The notes below the pieces were generated by a model. The model did no database searches and was not told where the DNA came from. It saw only the letters and a list, made by a program, of their open reading frames with translations. Shown here in pieces: positions 10,475 through 21,899 of a DNA stretch of 64,000 bases. Every line of letters begins with the position of its first letter. Positions within the stretch are counted from its first letter, which is position 1. A program made the position numbers and the translations under genes. Source of the stretch: Candidatus Cloacimonadota bacterium (GTDB lineage Bacteria > Cloacimonadota > Cloacimonadia > G963667145); the NCBI GenBank assembly GCA_963676615.1, contig OY781092.1:224001-288000 (forward strand), read 5' to 3'.

Positions 10475-11794
10475 ATGAGAAATTTTTTTGTGGTGATTTT
10501 TTTGGTAGCTTTTGGGGCTGCTTCTGCCAAGGTTTTGAATTTGGAGCAGGCGAAGAAGTTGGCGCTGGAGAACAGCAGTAGTTTGCAGGCGGCAAAAGCC
10601 GATTATAAGGCGGCTTTTTATGATACTTGGGGAAATTTTGTGAACCTTTTTGGCTCGGCGAATTTTTCGTATGGTTGGAGCAAAGTTGACGAAGGCAGCG
10701 TTTCGCCAGAGCTGAAGACGGAGAACGAGAATTATGGAATTAGGTTGTCGCAGACGATTTTTGCGCAGGGCAGAAATTGGTATTCGTATCGCATAGCGGC
10801 GAACACGGAGCAGATGAAGAAGCTGGCGTTGGAGGAGCAGGAGTTTGTGGCTTTGGCGGAAGCGGAGACGAAATATTTTGCGCTGCTTTTGGCGCAGAGG
10901 GAGCTGGAGATTGCCAAAAACGACCTCAAGAGCAGTCAGGAGTCGCTGGATCAGACGAAGATTAAGCGGAAGACGGGCTCGCGCTCGCAGGTGGATGTGC
11001 TGAATATGCAGGCGGAGGTTAGGAGCAAAGAGGTGGAGGTTTTGGGCAAACAGAATAGCTATCAGCAGAGCAAAAATCAGTTTTGTGAGTTTTTGCATAT
11101 TGATGAGCAAGATTTGCAGCTTGAGCCGATTGAGATGGACGAGTTTGCCGATATTTTTGATAAGGTGCAAAAGTTGGATGTGAACAATTTGGACGCTTTG
11201 GTGCAACGGGTGCTCGATTTTGGAGAGCGGAGGAATTTGTCGCTGAAGAGTTTGCAAGAGGCAAAAGAGATTGCCGAGAAAGGGAAGGTTATGGCGGCTT
11301 TGAGCCCTTTGCCGAGTATTTCGGCGAGTTATTCTTATACTAAAAGCAAGGCTTATACCAGCTCGTATCAAAGCGGTAGCAACCAGCTCAGCGTTTCGGT
11401 TTCGATGCCGATTTCGTTTTTGCCGTTTGTCGATAATTTTTTGGATTATCAAAAGGCGCGCTATGAGCTGCGCAAGGTGGAGGCGGAGAATTATAACACG
11501 CAGATGCAGATAAATCTGCAGATTAAGGCGGCGGTTTACACTTTTGTGAGTGCTGCAAAGCAGGTGACGGCTGCCGATTTTGGGCAGAAGGCTGCCACGG
11601 GGATGTTTGAGCAGAATACGGCGCGGTTTGATAGCGGTTTGCTTTCGACGGCGGACTATTTGGATGCTTTGAATTCGTATCAGTCGGCGCAGCTGAATTT
11701 TGTGGTTGCCAAGAATAGTTTTTTTACAGCCAAGTCTGATTTGAAGAGGCTTTTGGTGATAGAGGATGACGATAAATTGATGGATTTGTTTTAA
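10475..11794 (+). CDS. TolC family outer membrane efflux protein
   Basis: Signal peptide, LNLEQAKKLALEN, two OEP helical repeats, RFDSGLLSTADYLDA. Confidence 0.88.
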   Translation: MRNFFVVIFLVAFGAASAKVLNLEQAKKLALENSSSLQAAKADYKAAFYDTWGNFVNLFGSANFSYGWSKVDEGSVSPELKTENENYGIRLSQTIFAQGRNWYSYRIAANTEQMKKLALEEQEFVALAEAETKYFALLLAQRELEIAKNDLKSSQESLDQTKIKRKTGSRSQVDVLNMQAEVRSKEVEVLGKQNSYQQSKNQFCEFLHIDEQDLQLEPIEMDEFADIFDKVQKLDVNNLDALVQRVLDFGERRNLSLKSLQEAKEIAEKGKVMAALSPLPSISASYSYTKSKAYTSSYQSGSNQLSVSVSMPISFLPFVDNFLDYQKARYELRKVEAENYNTQMQINLQIKAAVYTFVSAAKQVTAADFGQKAATGMFEQNTARFDSGLLSTADYLDALNSYQSAQLNFVVAKNSFFTAKSDLKRLLVIEDDDKLMDLF

Positions 11795-11812
11795 GGAAAA
11801 ACGGAGACGAAG

Positions 11813-12934
11813 ATGAAATTTTGGACGAAGAAGAGAGTGGTGATTTTTTCGCTGGTTGCGCTGGTTGTGGCTATTGCGGCGGTAGCGATTTTGGGTTTTG
11901 GCAGCAAGAAGCAGACTGCGGAAGCTTTGCCAGAGAAGAAAGCGGATGAGGCGAATGTGACGATGGTGCTGGTGCAGGAGTTCCAAAGGCAGAATGTGCC
12001 GGAGTATGTGCAGGTTAGCGGCGTTTTGCAGGGGATTGCGCAGGTGGAGATGATTGCGGGTGTGTCTGGGCAGTTGCGGGCGTTGCACAAGAATATGGGC
12101 GATTGGGTGGAAAAGGGGCAGAGCATCGGCGATATTGACGCGGATGTATATAAGGCGGAGTATGATCAGGCAAAGGCGCTTTTTGAGATTGCCAAAAATA
12201 ATCTGAAAGCGGGCAAGCGGTTGTATCGGTCGAAGAAGATTTCGGATGCGGAGTATCAGGAGATTTTGGGTAATTTTGCCAGCAGTCAGGCGAATTTGGA
12301 GATGAAGCGAAATTCCTACGATTATGCGAGAATGGCGGCTCCTGTGAGCGGGTTTATTACCGATTTGCCTGTGGAAGTGGGACAGAGTATCGGCTCGTCG
12401 AGTTTTGTTTGCAAGGTGGTGGACGATAAGAAGCTTTTGCTGAATACGGGCGTTGGCGAGGCGAGTATCCTCAAAATCGAAGAGGGGCAAAAGGTGGATG
12501 TGAGCCCAGACGGTTCGGATTTGCTGCTTAGTGGCAGTGTGATTGGTGCTGGCAAGGCTCCTGCGTGTAATAGCGCGGTGTATCCTGTGAAGATTGAGTT
12601 GCCAGGCTCGAAGGGGCTTTTGGCTGGAATGACGGTGACGGCGCAGATTGCCGTGGGCGAGTTTGCGAATGTGAAGGCGGTTATCTACGATGCGCTGGTG
12701 CAGGAGTATGACGATTTTTATGTATTTCGATTGAATCAGGAGGATAACACGGTTGCCAAGACGAAGGTGGTGGTGAAGAAGATGGTGGGAAATGTGGCGA
12801 TTGTGGAGAGTGCGCTGGAGGATGGCGATTTTGTGGTGATTGACGGAGCAGACGAGATGGAGGACGGGCAAAAGGTGAGCCCGAATTTTTATAAGTCCAG
12901 CAAAGTGAAATCTGCCGACGGCGAGCAGGAGTAG
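11813..12934 (+). CDS. RND efflux periplasmic adaptor (MFP)
   Basis: N-terminal anchor, lipoyl halves GDWVEKGQ and APVSGFI, LLAGMTV. Confidence 0.9.
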   Translation: MKFWTKKRVVIFSLVALVVAIAAVAILGFGSKKQTAEALPEKKADEANVTMVLVQEFQRQNVPEYVQVSGVLQGIAQVEMIAGVSGQLRALHKNMGDWVEKGQSIGDIDADVYKAEYDQAKALFEIAKNNLKAGKRLYRSKKISDAEYQEILGNFASSQANLEMKRNSYDYARMAAPVSGFITDLPVEVGQSIGSSSFVCKVVDDKKLLLNTGVGEASILKIEEGQKVDVSPDGSDLLLSGSVIGAGKAPACNSAVYPVKIELPGSKGLLAGMTVTAQIAVGEFANVKAVIYDALVQEYDDFYVFRLNQEDNTVAKTKVVVKKMVGNVAIVESALEDGDFVVIDGADEMEDGQKVSPNFYKSSKVKSADGEQE

Positions 12935-12937
12935 AAG

Positions 12938-15900
12938 ATGAGTATTGCCAAATTTTCTGTTAAAAACTCGGTGCTGATCAACCTTTTGATGGTGCTGGTT
13001 TTTATTGCGGGGATTTATGCGATGATTTTTATCCCCAAAGAGGACGCGCCGCCAGTCGATTTTGGGCGTGCTTTTGTGATTGTGAACTATACGGGTGTTT
13101 CGCCAGAGGATATGGAAGCGCTGGTTGCTGATAAGCTGGAGGACGAGATTGTCGATGTGGACGGCGTGGATTATGTGACCACGCAGATTCAGACTGGCTA
13201 TGTGATGGCGATGGTGAGTTTTGAGACAGATGTCGATCCCGACGACGCTTGGGACGATCTGAACGATGCGGTCAACAAGGTCAAAGATTTGCCCGATGGC
13301 GCTAGCGATATCATCGTTATTCGGTTGAATATGCGGGAGGTGAACGAGATTTGCAATGTGTCTATGTCCTCGCCGTTTGAGACGAAGACGACCAACTCGT
13401 TGGCGGAAGATTTTGAACAGAAGCTAAAGAAAGTGGCGAATGTGTCCAAAGTTGAGCAGTATGGCGAGCGCGAGGAGAAGATTTTTATCGATGTCGATCC
13501 CGATAAATTGTCGGCATACGGCTTGGCGCTGGGCGATATTACCTCGGCGGTGACTCGGCGCAATGTGACTTTTCCTGGCGGTGATATCGATTTTGGCAGC
13601 TCGCAGCGGGCGGTGCGGACAGTTGGCGAATACCAGACCGTTGCCCAGATCCAAAACCAGATTGTGACGGTGGACGATCGCGGGCGCTCTGTGCGGCTAA
13701 AGGATATCGCTAATGTTTACTATGGCTTCGACGATTTGGAGGTCGCCACACGGTTGGACGGTCAGAAGTCGATATTTTTTCAGGTTTACAAAAAAGCTAC
13801 CGGCAATATCATCGAGGTGATGAAAGATATCCGCCAGGTCGCAAAGCAGTTCGAGAGCGACCATCAGGGCGTGAAGGTGAGTATCAACAACGACGATTCC
13901 AAAGATGTGAAAAACAGCATCAACACGCTGGGGACTTCCACTTTTTACGGAATAATCCTCGTGTTTTTTATGCTACTGCTTTTTTTGGGCTGGAAAAACG
14001 CCCTCTTTGCAGGCCTCGGCATTCCGTTTTCGTTTCTGCTGTGTTTTTTCATAATGTACACCATCGACATCTCGATAAACAACCTCTCGCTGTTTGCCTT
14101 GATTTTGGTTTTGGGAATGATTGTGGACGACGCAATCGTGGTCATCGAGAATGTGCATCGTCACATCGAAATGGGTAAAACGCCCGAACAGGCAGCCATC
14201 GACGGCACCGAAGAGGTGACTTTTCCGGTGATTGCCGCTGTAGCAACGACCGCCGCTGCGTTTATGCCGATGCTGATGATGAAAGGGATGATGGGCAAAT
14301 TTTTGAGCGTTTTCCCGATTGTCGTGTCGCTGGCGCTGCTGTGTTCGCTTGCCGAATGTCTGATTATTTTGCCGTGCCACTTGGCGGATTTTAGCAAGCA
14401 AATCACCAAGAAAAAGCCGCACAAAGTTTATAACAAAATGCTGGAGATTTATCATCGGCTGATTGTGAACTTCCTCAAGCACAGATTTTTGGCGCTTTTG
14501 GGAGTTGTGGCTGCGCTGCTTATTTGCGTGTGGATGCTGATGGGCGGACTGGTGAAGTTCGACTTTTTCCCGAGTTCGCCGTCCACGACAATGATTTTGA
14601 AGATAAAAACGCCCGTGGGCACATCGCTGGAAAACACTGAAGAGATCGTCTCAAAGGTGGAAAAATATATCGCCAAGCAGATGCCCGAAAATGGCGACAT
14701 CTTGTCGATTGTCAGTTATGTGGGGATGATTTCCGAAAATCACCGCTCCACGCTGCGCACCTATTACGCGACGATTAACATCGATTTGGTCGATCCAGAC
14801 GACGCCAAATTTGAGCAGGACAAGATTAAATCCTCGATACGCAAATTTTTGAAGACGATACCTGAGATTGTGTTTGTAGAGTTTGACGAAGGCAGCGACG
14901 GACCTCCTGTGGGAGACGACATCTCGATGCGGATAGAGGGCGCCAATTTGCAAAAATTGATTGCGATCTCGGCAGATGTAGAGGCGATTTTGAACTCGTT
15001 TCCTGGTGTGGAAGATGTGGGCAACGACCTGAATTACGACAAAAAGCAGGTGGAGATTTTGCCGTATCACAATAAGCTGGCGAAATACGGTTTGACGGTG
15101 CAGGACATTTCGCAAGCCGTCTGGACTGCGGTTAACGGCTCGGATATCAGCGAATATCGTGGGCAAGGCGTGAAAGAGTGTGATATCACTTTGCGGCTGG
15201 ACGATGCGAAAATTGGCGATTTGGAGAAGTTGAAAAATTTCAAAATTCGCTCTAGCAGTGGCGATGTTTTGCCGCTGAGATCGCTTGCCGAGTTTAAGGT
15301 AAATCTGGGTATTGGGCAGCTCAAACACCGCAACGGCGAGCGGGTTGTGACGATTACCGCTGGCTGCGGAATGTATGAAAAAGACGGCAAAAAAGTCAAA
15401 CGGATCCCATCGGAAGTGACAAAAATGCTCGTCGGCAGCAAAATCACAGGCGAAAAAGGGGTTTTGTCTGATTTCAGCAGTAAATATCCAGGCTACATTT
15501 TGGAATTTGGTGGCAGAGCCGAGCAGCAACGGGAGTCATACAGCTCGCTGGGCTTGGCGTTCATCGTGGCGATTATTATCATCTACACGATTTTGGCGTG
15601 GCAGTTCAAAAGCTATGTGCAGCCGCTAATCGTGATGTTCGCCCTGCCGTTTGCGTTTATCGGCGTGGTTATCGGGCTTGTGGTCACTGGTTTGCCGTTT
15701 TCTTTGCCAGTTTTGATTGGCGTTGTGGGACTTGCGGGAGTGGTGGTAAATGACTCGCTGATTTTGGTCGATTTCGTCAATCGCTTACGAGAGGAGGGTC
15801 ACAACCGCTGGAGTTCGCTTATTGAAGCGGGCAAAACTCGCTTGCGTCCGATATTTTTGACGACATTCACGACGATAGCTGGATTTTTGCCGATGATTCT

Positions 15901-16099
15901 CTCGTCTAGCAGCGCCACTGCCGAGTGGAAACCCGTGGCTGTTTCGATGGCTTTTGGGCTTGGCTTTGCGACATTCCTAACGCTTTTGGTGTTGCCGTGC
16001 CTCTACTCTGTCGTCGATTCTGTGTTTGGATTTTTGAGGATTACCCGATTCAAAGAGCATATCAGCCTTAGCGATGCGCTCAAAAAAATGGGCGAGTAA
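12938..16099 (+). CDS. RND efflux permease (AcrB/AcrD/AcrF family)
   Basis: 1053 aa; GMIVDDAIVVIEN, GVVVNDSLILVD, RLRPIFLTT. Confidence 0.93.
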   Translation: MSIAKFSVKNSVLINLLMVLVFIAGIYAMIFIPKEDAPPVDFGRAFVIVNYTGVSPEDMEALVADKLEDEIVDVDGVDYVTTQIQTGYVMAMVSFETDVDPDDAWDDLNDAVNKVKDLPDGASDIIVIRLNMREVNEICNVSMSSPFETKTTNSLAEDFEQKLKKVANVSKVEQYGEREEKIFIDVDPDKLSAYGLALGDITSAVTRRNVTFPGGDIDFGSSQRAVRTVGEYQTVAQIQNQIVTVDDRGRSVRLKDIANVYYGFDDLEVATRLDGQKSIFFQVYKKATGNIIEVMKDIRQVAKQFESDHQGVKVSINNDDSKDVKNSINTLGTSTFYGIILVFFMLLLFLGWKNALFAGLGIPFSFLLCFFIMYTIDISINNLSLFALILVLGMIVDDAIVVIENVHRHIEMGKTPEQAAIDGTEEVTFPVIAAVATTAAAFMPMLMMKGMMGKFLSVFPIVVSLALLCSLAECLIILPCHLADFSKQITKKKPHKVYNKMLEIYHRLIVNFLKHRFLALLGVVAALLICVWMLMGGLVKFDFFPSSPSTTMILKIKTPVGTSLENTEEIVSKVEKYIAKQMPENGDILSIVSYVGMISENHRSTLRTYYATINIDLVDPDDAKFEQDKIKSSIRKFLKTIPEIVFVEFDEGSDGPPVGDDISMRIEGANLQKLIAISADVEAILNSFPGVEDVGNDLNYDKKQVEILPYHNKLAKYGLTVQDISQAVWTAVNGSDISEYRGQGVKECDITLRLDDAKIGDLEKLKNFKIRSSSGDVLPLRSLAEFKVNLGIGQLKHRNGERVVTITAGCGMYEKDGKKVKRIPSEVTKMLVGSKITGEKGVLSDFSSKYPGYILEFGGRAEQQRESYSSLGLAFIVAIIIIYTILAWQFKSYVQPLIVMFALPFAFIGVVIGLVVTGLPFSLPVLIGVVGLAGVVVNDSLILVDFVNRLREEGHNRWSSLIEAGKTRLRPIFLTTFTTIAGFLPMILSSSSATAEWKPVAVSMAFGLGFATFLTLLVLPCLYSVVDSVFGFLRITRFKEHISLSDALKKMGE

Positions 16100-16107
16100 A
16101 AATTTTA

Positions 16108-16137
16108 TAGGGGCATTTTTTTGTGCCCCTTTTTTTT
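16108..16137 (+). terminator. Rho-independent terminator after the RND permease
   Basis: ggggca/tgcccc stem followed by a T-run. Confidence 0.65.
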
Positions 16138-16152
16138 AGTTCTAGGGGAAAA

Positions 16153-17016
16153 ATGAAAAAATTGTCGATTTTAGCGTTTTTGATTTTCGCAATAGCGCCA
16201 CTTTTTGCAGACGAGCAGTCCGCCATAAAAAAGCCCAATCCGCCGCTTTTGGTGGTGGATAAAAAGCAAAAAAAGGTTGTGAAAAAGAGCGAAGTGCGCC
16301 AAAGCCCAAACGGCTGGCATTTTGTCGGCGGAGTTTACTCCTCTTTTGGATTGAACGACCCCGGCGACGACGAGCGGGAGTTTCTTTGCTTTCCGCTGAT
16401 TAGCGCAAGATATCGCCACGAGGTGTTCGAGTTTGGCACCGAAGGTTTGGGCGTTGGAGCCAAGCGGTATTTTTGGGAAGACGCCGCCGAAGCTGGAGTT
16501 GGTGTGGAGTTTGGCTTTAAGCGAAACGGCAAAAAAAGCGCCGATGGCTATATGCCGAGCGTGTTGAACGATGTGAAGTTCAAAGTTGGCGCAGGTGCGT
16601 TTTTCTTTCGAGCAGACTACACCTATTTGCCCATCAAGGTGAGCCATCCGCCAAAAAAGAGCGAAAGTTTGGACGCCCATTTTGTGCAGCTGAGCCTAGA
16701 GACGCCCGGCTTTCCGCTGATGGTGAAGCCAATTTTTTGGGGGATAAAAGGCAGTGCGAGCCTGCAGATTATGGACGATAATTACGCAAGCGCCTACTTC
16801 AATTATTACGACAAAAACGGGCAAGCGACCTACAGCGCCAAGGGCGGACTTTACAGTTTTATCTATTCTGTTTCGAGCAATTTGTTCGTCGGCAAGCGCT
16901 GGATGCTGATGTTCGATTTCAAACGGGAGTTTTTTTTGGACGATGCACGGCGGTCGCCCGTTGTCAAAAAAACGGCTGCAAACAGCTTCACATCGATGAT
17001 TATGTATAGCTTTTAG
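16153..17016 (+). CDS. MipA/OmpV-like outer membrane protein
   Basis: Signal peptide; DDNYASAYF, YSAKGGL, LDDARRSPVVKK; terminal YSF. Confidence 0.7.
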   Translation: MKKLSILAFLIFAIAPLFADEQSAIKKPNPPLLVVDKKQKKVVKKSEVRQSPNGWHFVGGVYSSFGLNDPGDDEREFLCFPLISARYRHEVFEFGTEGLGVGAKRYFWEDAAEAGVGVEFGFKRNGKKSADGYMPSVLNDVKFKVGAGAFFFRADYTYLPIKVSHPPKKSESLDAHFVQLSLETPGFPLMVKPIFWGIKGSASLQIMDDNYASAYFNYYDKNGQATYSAKGGLYSFIYSVSSNLFVGKRWMLMFDFKREFFLDDARRSPVVKKTAANSFTSMIMYSF

Positions 17017-17088
17017 AAACAATGCTTGACAGTTTTTCCTTTCCCCTTTCCTTAGAAAAGTATTTTTTTTCAGGACAAGGGGATTTTA

Positions 17089-19242
17089 ATGCTGAACGAT
17101 AGGCAAAAAGAGATTGTAGAGACAAAAGAGCAAAATTTGCTGGTGATAGCTGGCGCAGGTAGCGGCAAAACCAGATGTATCACCGCCAGAGCGGGAAGTA
17201 TCGCCACCAGTGGGGTCGAGCCGAAAAATATTTTGATTGTTACTTTTACGAACAAAGCGGCGTCGGAGCTGAAGGAGCGGCTGAAAGAGGACAACAGTCA
17301 GTTGTCGTGGCCGTGGGTTGGCACTTTTCACTCGATTTGCGCGCGGATTTTGCGGATCGATGGCGAGAAAGTTGGTGTGCAAAACAATTTCACGATTGCC
17401 GACAGCAAAGACCAGCGTGGCATCGCCAAGTCGATTTTGAAAGATTTGGGCATTGACCCTCGCAAATTCTCGTATCTGAAGATGTTGTCGTCGATTTCTA
17501 GCCACAAAAGCAAGTTGGTTGGTCCAGAAGGCTATGCCAAATGCAACGAAGATTCGCTCTACACTCGCACAACGGCGTCGATGTATAAGCGCTATCAGGC
17601 TTTTTTGGAGGACAATAATTCCCTGGATTTTGACGATTTGCTGATGAAAACGGTGCAGCTTCTGAAAAACAACAAAGAGGTTCGCGACAAGTATCGCCGC
17701 AAGTTTCGCTACATTATGGTGGACGAGTTTCAGGACACCAACTTTGCGCAATACGAGATTTTGAAGGCGCTTTGGTCTGCGGGGCAAAATATTTGCGTTG
17801 TTGGCGACGACGACCAGTCGATTTACTCTTGGCGTGGCGCGGATTTCACTAATTTGTTCAATTTTGAAAAAGATTTTGCGCCTGTGAAGATTGTGAAATT
17901 GGAGCTAAATTATCGCTCGACGCAGCAGATTTTGGATTTGGCGAATTGTTTAATCAAAAACAATTCTCAGCGGCACGAAAAAAATCTGAAGGCTCAAGAG
18001 GGTTTTACGGGGAATTTGCCCAGCGTGAAGGCGCTGACCGACGAGTATATGGAGGCGAAGTTCATCGTGAAGGAGATAAAAAAAATCGCCGATTATCAGA
18101 ATACCGCCATTTTGTATCGGGTCAACTCGCAGTCGCGGATTTTGGAGAATGTTCTGATTGAGAAAAAAATCCCGTATGTTGTGCGAGGCGGCACGGAGTT
18201 TTTTGCGCGCACCGAGATTAAAGATATTATCGCTTATCTGAAATTTTTGTATAATCCGAGCGATTTTTACAGTTTGCAGCGGATTATCAATGTCCCCACG
18301 CGGGGCATCGGTTCTGTTAGTGCGAATAAAGCGTTCGACTATTTGCAGCAGAACGGGAAATCTTTTTTGGATTTGACGCAGGAGGACAAGCTGCCAGTGA
18401 CGGCGTCTTCGCTGCAGGCGATGCTCGATTTGGCGCAAAAGATGCGCGGTTGGAAGAGCGATGCGGAGGTGATCTCGCCGCTGGCTTTGGCGCAGGAGAT
18501 TATCGCCGACACCAAACTTATCGATTTTTACGAGCGGAAAGAGACCGACACGAGTATGTCCAAGGGCGAGAATATCAACGAGTTTTTGCTGATGACCGAA
18601 TCTTTTTGCGAGAATTTTCACAAAATGCACGGGACTTATCCGTTTTTGAGCGACTTTTTGGAAAGCATCAGTTTGCAATCTTCGGTGGAGGACGACCAAA
18701 ATGAGCTGGGCAAGGTTCAGCTGATGACGATTCACAACGCTAAGGGGCTGGAGTTTGAGAATGTTTTTGTTTTGGGTGTGGAAGAAGGGATTTTGCCGCA
18801 TCAGCTGTCGCTGGCGGAACAAGCGGGTTTGCAGGAAGAGCGGCGGCTATTGTATGTGGCGATTACCAGAGCCAAAAAGAGCCTTGTGCTGACTTTTTGC
18901 CGTGAGCGGCGGAAGTTTGCTTCTGGCGGTTTCAAGACCGAGATTACCAACAAGAGCCGATTTTTGGACGAGTTCGACAAGAGGCTTTGCAAGAGCAGCA
19001 TCAAAAAGCAATCTTTCGTTTTTGGCAAAAAATACGAAGAGCGAGATCGGAAAAAAGCGCCGCAAATCGTGAGCGTTGGGCAGAAAAGTTTTTACAAAGT
19101 TGGCGATATGGTGATGCACAAAGTTTTTGGGCAGGGCAAAGTCCTGACAGTCAGTGGCTCGGGCAAAGACGCTAAGCTGGCAATCTCTTTTAACGAAGGC
19201 GAGTTGAAAAAAATTATCGGCACATTTGTGGAGAAGTTTTAG
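17089..19242 (+). CDS. pcrA: ATP-dependent DNA helicase UvrD/PcrA
   Basis: AGAGSGKT, TFTNKAA, VDEFQDTN, VGDDDQSIYSWRGA, TIHNAKGLEF, EERRLLYVAITRA, C-terminal Tudor-like domain. Confidence 0.95.
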   Translation: MLNDRQKEIVETKEQNLLVIAGAGSGKTRCITARAGSIATSGVEPKNILIVTFTNKAASELKERLKEDNSQLSWPWVGTFHSICARILRIDGEKVGVQNNFTIADSKDQRGIAKSILKDLGIDPRKFSYLKMLSSISSHKSKLVGPEGYAKCNEDSLYTRTTASMYKRYQAFLEDNNSLDFDDLLMKTVQLLKNNKEVRDKYRRKFRYIMVDEFQDTNFAQYEILKALWSAGQNICVVGDDDQSIYSWRGADFTNLFNFEKDFAPVKIVKLELNYRSTQQILDLANCLIKNNSQRHEKNLKAQEGFTGNLPSVKALTDEYMEAKFIVKEIKKIADYQNTAILYRVNSQSRILENVLIEKKIPYVVRGGTEFFARTEIKDIIAYLKFLYNPSDFYSLQRIINVPTRGIGSVSANKAFDYLQQNGKSFLDLTQEDKLPVTASSLQAMLDLAQKMRGWKSDAEVISPLALAQEIIADTKLIDFYERKETDTSMSKGENINEFLLMTESFCENFHKMHGTYPFLSDFLESISLQSSVEDDQNELGKVQLMTIHNAKGLEFENVFVLGVEEGILPHQLSLAEQAGLQEERRLLYVAITRAKKSLVLTFCRERRKFASGGFKTEITNKSRFLDEFDKRLCKSSIKKQSFVFGKKYEERDRKKAPQIVSVGQKSFYKVGDMVMHKVFGQGKVLTVSGSGKDAKLAISFNEGELKKIIGTFVEKF

Positions 19243-19263
19243 CGCTTTTTGGACTCTTGGGAG

Positions 19264-21224
<1,961 letters not shown>

Positions 21225-21249
<25 letters not shown>

Positions 21250-21899
21250 TTTACCTCCTGCGATAGCTTTTCCAGCTCTTGCGCCGAGAAGCCCCACATT
21301 GCGCCGTTTGTGTCTTCCTCAATCGGTCGATAATTTTGCAAAAAGTAGGCAAAGCCGTCTAGTTTGTGCTCCTGATAAATTTTGGCGATGTCTTCGGTTT
21401 GCAGCAGCGGATGCACCAGCGTCGTGCGAAATTCGCAGTTTTTTCTAGAATTTTTGATAATCGCAACGCTTTTTTCGATTTTGTCCAGATTCAGTTTGCG
21501 TCCTGCCAGATGGTGGTATTTTGCCAAAGGCGCCTTGAGGTCCATCGCCAGATAATCGACCCAGGGCAGAGCCTGCGCCAGCTTTTGCGGTGAGTAGCCG
21601 TTGGTGTCCAGTTTTGTTAGGAAGCCTAACTTTTTCACTTTTTGCAGAAATTGCAGCAGGTCGTTTTGCAATAGCGGCTCGCCACCGCTGATGCACACGG
21701 CGTCCAGCAGCCCTTTTCGAGATTGTAGGAACGCGAAAATCTCTTCTTGTGAGTGGATTGTTTGGGTGTCGTTTTCGTCTAGTAGCTGCGAATTGTGACA
21801 AAAAGGGCACAAAAAATTGCACCCTTTTGTCCAAATAATTGCCGAGAGTTTTCCCGGGTAGTCAATCATCGATGTCTTTTGCAGACCGCCGATAATCAT
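21225..21899 (-). CDS. nrdG: Anaerobic ribonucleoside-triphosphate reductase activating protein (radical SAM)
   Basis: GCNFLCPFCHN, ISGGEP, KLDTNG; follows nrdD. Confidence 0.92.

Noticed and set aside
10454..12871. 805-aa minus-strand ORF
   Set aside because: Antisense shadow of tolC/MFP caused by their G/T-rich codon bias; His/Leu/Arg-rich with no motifs.
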